Below are positions 57,309-64,000 of a stretch of DNA of 64,000 bases, piece after piece. A model generated the notes under the pieces. It was not told the origin of the DNA. It ran no database searches and saw only the letters and a program-made list of their open reading frames with translations. Within the stretch, counting starts at the first letter, position 1. Every line of letters begins with the position of its first letter. Location: contig CAJTNA010000007.1 of NCBI GenBank assembly GCA_910577845.1, forward strand, positions 2,968-66,967. The letters run 5' to 3'. This DNA is from an uncultured Christensenella sp. (GTDB lineage: Bacteria > Bacillota > Clostridia > Christensenellales > UBA3700). Made by a program: the position numbers and the translations under genes.

Positions 57309-58547
57309 ATGAATAAAAATTATAATAGAATACTTATTGCTAGCTGTACATCTAACGCTAGTCAAGCGATTTATGCCAATATGACAGCTTTGCTATTAGT
57401 TCCTTTTATGAGTTTATATGGTTTGACGCTTGGACAAATGGGGATTTTGGTTGGTATAAATTTTGGAACACAGATTTTAGCCGACTTATTACTTACTTTT
57501 ATAATAGACAAAGTAAAGTATAAAAATCTGGTATATTGTGCTAACTTATTTGGCTTTATTGGTATGGTTTTGTATTGCTTAGCACCTAGGATTATGCCAG
57601 CGAATCCTTTTGTGCCATTTGTTATATCTACAATGATATTTTCATTTGCAAGTGGTATGCTTGAGGTTGTTTTAAGTCCTATAGTTGACACTATTCCAGA
57701 TAGCTACAAAAGCAAGAAAGCGGCAATGAGTTTACTACATTCCTTTTATGCTTGGTGGCAAGCAATCAGCATTGTTGTAATTGCGTTATGTCTTAACTTT
57801 TTTGGTGCAGAGAACTGGATGTATATAATTGGTTGCTTAGCAATAGTGCCTGTGTTGAATACTTTACAATTTATTCCAGTAAAGATAGTTGAATCAAGAG
57901 GTCTTGAAAATAAACAGCAATCTACATTTAAGGTGGCAAAATCACCAATTTATATATTGTGTTGCCTTGCAATCATAGTTGGTGCGGGTGTTGAAATTAT
58001 AATGAATCAATATGTATCTACATTCTGTGAGTTAAACCTTGGTGTAAGCAAGTTAATGGCAGATATGATTGGAATGTTATTGTTTGCGGTAATGTTGGGG
58101 GCAGGACGATTGATTTTTGGCTTTTTTGGTCATAAAATGAATTTGAGTAAAATATTGATAATTTCTTGTTTGCTAGCTGGTATTTCGTATGTGCTTATAG
58201 GTTTAGAACTTAATACTTGGTTGTCGTTGGTACTATGTATTTTAGTAGGCTTGTTTAGCAGTATGTGTTGGCCTGGTGTAATCTCTATTGCTGGGGAAGC
58301 TTTCCCAAAAGCAGGTGCGTGGATATTTAGTACGTTAGCAATATTTGGTGATGTTGGTGCTTCAATGTTTGGTGGTATTGCAGGTAGTATAGCGGACAAA
58401 TTGTCTTTGTCTAAAATGTTTTTGATAATTTCTTGTTTACCTTTCGCTTGTATGCTTTGCCATATCGCAATTTTTGCACTTATCAAAAAGAGTAAAAAGA
58501 GTGCCGAAAGTTTGCCTATTCATCCTTCAATTGGGGATGCTGAATAA
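57309..58547 (+). CDS. MFS transporter
   Basis: 412 aa with a 12-TM-like hydrophobicity pattern. Confidence 0.7.
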   Translation: MNKNYNRILIASCTSNASQAIYANMTALLLVPFMSLYGLTLGQMGILVGINFGTQILADLLLTFIIDKVKYKNLVYCANLFGFIGMVLYCLAPRIMPANPFVPFVISTMIFSFASGMLEVVLSPIVDTIPDSYKSKKAAMSLLHSFYAWWQAISIVVIALCLNFFGAENWMYIIGCLAIVPVLNTLQFIPVKIVESRGLENKQQSTFKVAKSPIYILCCLAIIVGAGVEIIMNQYVSTFCELNLGVSKLMADMIGMLLFAVMLGAGRLIFGFFGHKMNLSKILIISCLLAGISYVLIGLELNTWLSLVLCILVGLFSSMCWPGVISIAGEAFPKAGAWIFSTLAIFGDVGASMFGGIAGSIADKLSLSKMFLIISCLPFACMLCHIAIFALIKKSKKSAESLPIHPSIGDAE

Positions 58548-58637
58548 ATGGTAATGCTTGATAGTTGCAAATGCTAAAGAACAAAATTTTTAAAAAACTT
58601 GTCGAAAATCGTTATTAAATATAAAATTTAATAAAAT

Positions 58638-58676
58638 CATTACAAAAAGCAAGGATTGTCCTTGCTTTTTGTAATG
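58638..58676. terminator. Strong hairpin terminator after the MFS gene
   Basis: Perfect 18-bp stem (cattacaaaaagcaagga / tccttgctttttgtaatg) with a 3-nt loop. Confidence 0.75.
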
Positions 58677-58761
58677 AAATTTTAAATAATTTAGTTTAAT
58701 AGATTTTCAAATCTTTTGTTTATAAAAATAAGTATTTTACAATTTTTTTGATATTTGTGTA

Positions 58762-58790
58762 TTGACAATTAATAGTTTTTTTGTTAAAAT
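58762..58790 (+). promoter_or_regulatory. Promoter of the leu operon
   Basis: TTGACA, a 17-nt spacer, then TGtTAAAAT (extended -10), about 230 nt upstream of leuA. Confidence 0.65.
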
Positions 58791-59018
58791 AAATAATAAT
58801 TATTTTAACATTGCTGTATGCATACCCAAAAGAAAGTTGTTTTGAGTGACCCTCAATAAGCATTTAAAGGGGTATTTTATAGCAGTTGATATTAAAACTT
58901 GAAGTACTTGCAAAGCAAAAATATTGAAATATCAATTTTGAATTTTAATACAATTTAATTTTATTTATAAAATCTTATTTAGGAAGGGAAGCTATTAAAA
59001 TAAATAGTTGGTGAAACA

Positions 59019-60686
59019 ATGGACTTTAAGAAATACAAACGTGGTTACTATATGCCACAAGGCTCAAATAATAGTTGGGTAAACAAGGAATATGTTGATA
59101 AGGCTCCAATATGGTGCAGTGTTGATTTGCGTGATGGTAATCAAGCATTAATTACACCTATGAATTTAACTCAAAAAATAGAGTTTTTTAAAATATTATG
59201 TGATATTGGTTTTAAAGAAATTGAGGTTGGTTTCCCAGCCGCATCTCAAACTGAGTTTGATTTTATAAGAACTCTGATTGAGGAAAAATTGATACCAGAC
59301 GATGTTACTATTCAAGTACTTACTCAAGCTAGGCCACATATTATTGACAAGACTTTTGAGGCTTTGAAAGGTGCAAAACAAGTTATTGTGCATTTATATA
59401 ATAGTACATCTGTTGCACAGAGAGAACAAGTTTTTAAAAAAGACAAACAAGAAATTATAGCTTTAGCTGTAAGTGGTGCAGAGTACGCTACTCGCAAAGC
59501 GAAAGATTTTGAGGGCAAAGTTACTTTTGAGTATTCACCAGAGAGCTTTACTGGTACGGAGCCAGACTATGCTGTCGAGGTTATCAATAGTGTACTTGAA
59601 GTTTTTAAGCCAACTGCTACAAATAAAGTTATAATCAACTTGCCAGTAACAGTGGAATTGAGTATGCCACATATTTACGCACAACAAGTAGAATATGTTT
59701 CCAACAATATAAATAATAGGGAAAATGTTATAATATCTTTACACCCTCATAATGACAGAGGCACTGCTATTGCAGATGGTGAGCTAGGATTACTTGCTGG
59801 CGGTGAACGTATAGAGGGTACATTATTTGGTAATGGCGAACGCACTGGTAATGCGGATATTATTACTTTTGCAATGAATCTATATTCTCACGGTGTTGAC
59901 CCAGAACTTGATTTTTGTAATATGCCAATGATAATCAAAGCATATGAAAAATTAACACAAATGAAAGTTCCGCCACGTCAACCATATGCTGGAGAATTAG
60001 TATTTGCAGCATTTAGTGGTTCGCACCAAGATGCGATTGCAAAGGGAATGGCATATCGTGCAAATCACGATATGGATTATTGGAATGTACCTTATTTGTC
60101 TATTGACCCAAACGATGTTGGTAAGGAGTATATGGCAGATGTCATACGTATTAATAGCCAGTCGGGTAAAGGTGGCGTAAGCTATTTGCTTGAGCGAGCA
60201 TACGGATACGAAATTCCGCTTTCTATGCGAGAGGAGCTTGGCTATACTGTAAAAGGCTTTAGTGATAACTTGCATAAGGAATTGAAAAACGATGAGGTTT
60301 TAAAAATTTTCTGTGATGAATATATAAATATTTCACAACCAATTAAACTAAATGAATATAGCTTTAACAAAAACAAAAATAAGTATAATGTTAATTTGGA
60401 AGTACAAAATGGTGATGTGATAAGACGCCTAAGCGGTAGCGGTAATGGTATGTTGGATAGCGTTTCAAATGCAATCAAGCAAGGTTTAGGATATAATTAT
60501 ATCTTGACTGATTACAAGGAGCACGCAAAAGAACAAGGTTCAAACTCACTAGCTATATCTTATGTTAGCATTACTATAGCTGGCAAAAAGATTTGGGGTG
60601 TTGGCGAGGACGAGGATATTGCAAGCTCATCTATCAAAGCATTGTTATCTGCAATAAACAGACATTTTAAGGGGGATAGAGTATGA
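59019..60686 (+). CDS. leuA: 2-isopropylmalate synthase (long, LeuA type 2)
   Basis: PIWCSVDLRDGNQAL, HPHNDRGTA and a C-terminal regulatory domain. 555 aa. Confidence 0.92.
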   Translation: MDFKKYKRGYYMPQGSNNSWVNKEYVDKAPIWCSVDLRDGNQALITPMNLTQKIEFFKILCDIGFKEIEVGFPAASQTEFDFIRTLIEEKLIPDDVTIQVLTQARPHIIDKTFEALKGAKQVIVHLYNSTSVAQREQVFKKDKQEIIALAVSGAEYATRKAKDFEGKVTFEYSPESFTGTEPDYAVEVINSVLEVFKPTATNKVIINLPVTVELSMPHIYAQQVEYVSNNINNRENVIISLHPHNDRGTAIADGELGLLAGGERIEGTLFGNGERTGNADIITFAMNLYSHGVDPELDFCNMPMIIKAYEKLTQMKVPPRQPYAGELVFAAFSGSHQDAIAKGMAYRANHDMDYWNVPYLSIDPNDVGKEYMADVIRINSQSGKGGVSYLLERAYGYEIPLSMREELGYTVKGFSDNLHKELKNDEVLKIFCDEYINISQPIKLNEYSFNKNKNKYNVNLEVQNGDVIRRLSGSGNGMLDSVSNAIKQGLGYNYILTDYKEHAKEQGSNSLAISYVSITIAGKKIWGVGEDEDIASSSIKALLSAINRHFKGDRV

Positions 60687-61945
60687 AAGCTATGACTATG
60701 ACTCAAAAAATAATTGCTAAACATTGCGGTATGGATTATGTGGAACAAGGTACTCTTGTTATGGCTAATTTGGATATGATACTTGCAAACGATATTACTG
60801 CACCTTTGGCAATTGACGAATTTGAAAAAGCAGGTTTTGATAAGGTTTTTGATAAAGAAAAAATTGCTTTAGTAATGGACCATTTTGTTCCTTGTAAAGA
60901 TATTAAATCTGCTTTGCAAGTGCAGAAAACTAAGAATTTTGCTACGAAAATCGGTATTAAACACTTTTATGATGTTGGAAAGTCCGGTATTGAGCACGCA
61001 TTTTTGCCAGAACAAGGTATTGTAAAAGCTGGTGATATGATAATTGGTGCAGACTCTCATACTTGTACTTATGGTGCGATTGGTGCTTTTGCAAGTGGTG
61101 TTGGTTCAACTGATTTTGCGGTTGCTATGCGTACGGGTAAAAGTTGGTTTAAAGTGCCTAAGTGTATCAAGTTTGAGCTTTGTGGTAAACCAAAACACGG
61201 CATTTGTGGTAAAGATATAATTTTGTATATCATTGGTATGATTGGCGTAGAGGGTGCAAGATATTGCAGTATGGAATTTGTTGGTAGTGGTATTAAGTAT
61301 CTTGATATGGCGGATAGATTTACTATTGCAAATATGGCGGTTGAAGCTGGTGCTAAGAATGGTATTTTTGAGGTAGATGAGGTTACTAAGAAATATCTTG
61401 ATGAGCATTGCAGTCAAAAGTATGAGGTTTTCACTGCTGATAGTGATGCGGAATATGTAGAAAGCTATACTATTAATTTAGAGAATATTGATTATCAAGT
61501 GGCATTCCCTCATTTGCCAGAAAATATTAAGCCTAAAGAGGAATGGGGCAATTTGCCAATTAGTCAAGTTGTGATTGGCTCTTGCACTAATGGCAGATAT
61601 GAGGATATGCTTGCAGCTGCAGAGGTAATGAAAGGTAGGAAAGTAGCTGACGGTGTTAAATGTATTATTATACCAGCAACTATGGATACATATCTAAAAT
61701 GTGTTCAAAATGGTTTGGCGGAAATCTTTATTAATAGCGGTGCTATTATTAGCACTCCTACGTGTGGACCTTGTCTTGGCGGACATATGGGTATATTGGC
61801 AGAGGGTGAGAGATGTGTTTCTACTACTAATCGTAACTTTGTTGGTAGAATGGGGCATATAACAAGTGAAATTTATCTTGCAAGTCCAAGAGTGGCTGCT
61901 GCAAGTAGTATTTTGGGCAGACTTGCTGTTCCAGAGGAGATTTGA
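60683..61945 (+). CDS. leuC: 3-isopropylmalate dehydratase large subunit
   Basis: Aconitase-family motifs (GADSHT, GSCTNGR, CGPCLG). ATGA overlap with leuA. Confidence 0.93.
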   Translation: MKAMTMTQKIIAKHCGMDYVEQGTLVMANLDMILANDITAPLAIDEFEKAGFDKVFDKEKIALVMDHFVPCKDIKSALQVQKTKNFATKIGIKHFYDVGKSGIEHAFLPEQGIVKAGDMIIGADSHTCTYGAIGAFASGVGSTDFAVAMRTGKSWFKVPKCIKFELCGKPKHGICGKDIILYIIGMIGVEGARYCSMEFVGSGIKYLDMADRFTIANMAVEAGAKNGIFEVDEVTKKYLDEHCSQKYEVFTADSDAEYVESYTINLENIDYQVAFPHLPENIKPKEEWGNLPISQVVIGSCTNGRYEDMLAAAEVMKGRKVADGVKCIIIPATMDTYLKCVQNGLAEIFINSGAIISTPTCGPCLGGHMGILAEGERCVSTTNRNFVGRMGHITSEIYLASPRVAAASSILGRLAVPEEI

Positions 61946-61946
61946 T

Positions 61947-62438
61947 ATGTTAGCAGAGGGTAAAGTTTTTAAATATGGTGATAATGTTGACACTGATGTA
62001 ATAATTCCCGCAAGGTATCTTAATACTCAAGACCATAAGGAATTAGCAAGCCATTGTATGGAGGATATTGACATCTCTTTTGCTAAAAATGTAAAAGTTG
62101 GGGATATTATTTGCGGTGGCAATAACTTTGGTTGTGGTTCGTCAAGAGAACACGCACCTATTGCTATTAAAGCGAGCGGTGTAAGTGTAGTTATTGCAAA
62201 ATCTTTTGCAAGGATTTTTTATCGTAACAGCATTAATATTGGGCTTGCGATTGTTGAGTGCGATATGGTGGATAAAATCAATAATGGTGATATTGTTAGC
62301 GTGGATTTTGTAAAAGGTGAATTATGCAATAAAACTCAGAATTGGGTTTGTAAAATTCCACCATTCCCACAATTTATCCAAAATATCATTGAATGTAATG
62401 GTTATATAAATAGCGTTAAAAAGCAATTAAGTGAATAA
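61947..62438 (+). CDS. leuD: 3-isopropylmalate dehydratase small subunit
   Basis: [15 protein letters not shown] and GCGSSREHA motifs. ATG at 61947 lies 1 nt after the leuC stop. The ORF-track start at 61866 sits inside leuC. Confidence 0.92.
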   Translation: MLAEGKVFKYGDNVDTDVIIPARYLNTQDHKELASHCMEDIDISFAKNVKVGDIICGGNNFGCGSSREHAPIAIKASGVSVVIAKSFARIFYRNSINIGLAIVECDMVDKINNGDIVSVDFVKGELCNKTQNWVCKIPPFPQFIQNIIECNGYINSVKKQLSE

Positions 62439-62460
62439 ATTGATAAAAAAGAGGTAATTT

Positions 62461-63528
62461 ATGTATAAGCGTATTTGCGTAATAGAGGGTGATGGCATAG
62501 GACCTGAAGTAATGGCTCAAGCGATAAAAGTGCTTAACACCATTGCTAAAAAGTTTAATCACAATTTTGAGTATGTGTATAGGCTTGCTGGTGGAGTTGC
62601 TATTGATAAAACTGGCAAATGTTTGCCTAATGAAACACTTGATAGTGTGCTTGAAACAGATAGTACATTGCTAGGTGCAGTTGGTGGTAACAAGTGGGAT
62701 AACCAACCACCAGAAAATAGACCAGAAAAGGCTCTGCTTGGTATTCGTAAAGCAATGCAAGTATATGCTAATTTGCGTCCTCAAAAGTTGTATGCGGAAC
62801 TAGATAGCCCTTTAAAAGCGGAATATGTTGGTGACGGCATTGATATAATGATAGTACGGGAACTTGTGAGCGGAGTGTATTTTGGCGAACATATCCAAAG
62901 TATTGAAGATAATCAAAATGTTGCAACCGATATTATGAAATATACTGAAAGTGAAATTTCAAGAGTTGCAAAAGTTGCGTTTGAGCTTGCAAAGCAACGT
63001 ACTGGCAACTTGATTTTGGTAGACAAGGCAAATGTACTAGCAACTTCAAAATTATGGCGTAAGGTTGTAATAGATATGTCAAAAGACTATCCTGATGTCA
63101 ATCTAGAATTTATGTATGTAGACAATTGTGCAATGCAATTAATAAAAAAACCTTCAAAAATCGATACTATTTTGACAGAAAATATGTTTGGCGACATATT
63201 GAGTGACGAGGCTAGTAGCTTGATTGGTTCAATCGGAATGTCTGGCTCTGCATCTTTAGGTGATGGCACAAGAGGCTTTTACGAAGCTATTCACGGCTCA
63301 GCTCCAGATATTGCAGGCAAAGATATCGCAAACCCTATCGGAATGATTTTAAGTAGCAGTATGATGTTGAGGTTATCTTTTGGAATGACTGAGGAAGCTG
63401 ATTGTATTGATAAAGCTATAAATCAATTTATCAAAAGCGGTTATCGCACTGCTGATATTATGCAAGATGGCAAAAAACTTGTAAAATGTAGTGAGGTAGG
63501 TAATTTAATTTGTGGTTTTATTGGCTAA
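62461..63528 (+). CDS. leuB: 3-isopropylmalate dehydrogenase
   Basis: Conserved IPMDH motifs (NMFGDILSDEAS, GSAPDIAGK). Confidence 0.95.
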   Translation: MYKRICVIEGDGIGPEVMAQAIKVLNTIAKKFNHNFEYVYRLAGGVAIDKTGKCLPNETLDSVLETDSTLLGAVGGNKWDNQPPENRPEKALLGIRKAMQVYANLRPQKLYAELDSPLKAEYVGDGIDIMIVRELVSGVYFGEHIQSIEDNQNVATDIMKYTESEISRVAKVAFELAKQRTGNLILVDKANVLATSKLWRKVVIDMSKDYPDVNLEFMYVDNCAMQLIKKPSKIDTILTENMFGDILSDEASSLIGSIGMSGSASLGDGTRGFYEAIHGSAPDIAGKDIANPIGMILSSSMMLRLSFGMTEEADCIDKAINQFIKSGYRTADIMQDGKKLVKCSEVGNLICGFIG

Positions 63529-63677
63529 AAAAAATTTTTGGCTTGATAAAAATTTATTAGATTAGGTACAGAGCGTTTTTGTTTAAAGTTTGATATTCAA
63601 TTTGCTTTAATTTGACAATTATAATCTAAAGTGCTATTATAGTAGCGATGTATATCATACATTTAAAGGTGATAAAT

Positions 63678-64000
63678 ATGAAAAAGAAGTTAGTATTTAT
63701 TTTTGTAATTTTGATGTTAGTTGTAAGTTTAACTACATTAACAGCGTGTGGGCTTTTTAATTCTGGTAGCAATGGTAGTGATAGTAACTATAATGGTAAT
63801 AAAAATGTAGAAGTACAAGTACCAGAGGATAATACTCAAAACGATACACCAACTACTGAGGATGAGGAAGCAGATTCTGCTGAGATTACTTTGGTTTGTG
63901 AGTTTGACTTAGCAGTTGCGGAAAACATTGATATTGTAGCTCCTAACCCAAGTATAGACGAGAGTGTTCTTGATGGTGTTGTGACAGAGGAAGAGGCTGA
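63678..64000 (+). CDS. Lipoprotein (3' end outside window)
   Basis: ATG at 63678 preceded by AAGGTG. MKKKLVFIFVILMLVVSLTTLTAC signal peptide with lipobox, then a low-complexity acidic linker. The frame stays open to the window end. Confidence 0.6.
   Translation, partial: MKKKLVFIFVILMLVVSLTTLTACGLFNSGSNGSDSNYNGNKNVEVQVPEDNTQNDTPTTEDEEADSAEITLVCEFDLAVAENIDIVAPNPSIDESVLDGVVTEEEA

Noticed and set aside
58791-59018. A T-box riboswitch upstream of leuA.
   Set aside because: I could find neither the conserved T-box sequence nor a specifier-loop/AG-bay arrangement by eye. It is kept as an open question in the findings.
1-64000. Mollicutes-type genetic code (TGA = Trp), considered because of the very low GC content.
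   Set aside because: TGA terminates several conserved genes at the expected length (HAD hydrolase, leuA, leuC, adk, rpmJ). All conserved proteins translate full length under the standard bacterial code.
1-64000. A defence island, prophage or mobile element.
   Set aside because: I could recognise no integrase, transposase, recombinase, restriction-modification, toxin-antitoxin, Cas, phage structural or tRNA genes. The accessory-looking parts (the polysaccharide locus, the adhesin and the AT-rich islands) lack flanking direct repeats that I could detect.

Overview
AT-rich window from a low-GC Bacillota (Clostridia-like) chromosome using the standard code: TGA serves as a stop and conserved genes translate full length. 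Almost every gene is on the + strand. Contents in order: (1) 2-18199, the distal part of a Wzx/Wzy-type surface-polysaccharide locus. It holds an ATP-grasp ligase, a HAD hydrolase, about seven glycosyltransferases, an EpsG/Wzy-like polymerase, dTDP-L-rhamnose genes (rfbA, a fused rfbC-rfbD, rfbB), the UDP-L-FucNAc genes fnlA/B/C and a Wzx flippase. (2) A convergent 2-hydroxyacid dehydrogenase. (3) trmB followed by the [FeFe]-hydrogenase maturases hydE-hydG-hydF, with no hydrogenase structural gene in view. (4) An uncharacterised 591-aa membrane protein, then a 962-aa surface protein (beta-helix repeats, MBG-like modules, C-terminal dockerin-like module). Its only plausible promoter lies between 29-bp perfect inverted repeats and currently points away from the gene, so this is a candidate phase-variable inverton and the most interesting signal here. 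(5) A THF riboswitch controlling a folT-type ECF S-component (minus strand) and a single-domain MGMT-like protein. (6) An 885-bp non-coding stretch with three direct repeats that each carry a DnaA-box-like motif. (7) A lipoprotein, a GPH transporter translationally coupled to an alkaline-phosphatase-superfamily enzyme, and a fused MacB-type ABC ATPase/permease. (8) The complete S10-spc-alpha ribosomal protein cluster (rpsJ to rplQ, including secY, adk, map, infA, rpmJ, rpoA). (9) An AT-rich non-coding island with one orphan ORF, and an MFS transporter. (10) leuA-leuC-leuD-leuB and the start of a lipoprotein gene. I found no rRNA, tRNA, CRISPR array, transposase, integrase or recognisable defence genes. 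All calls rest on motif recognition by eye, and none has been checked by search or folding.
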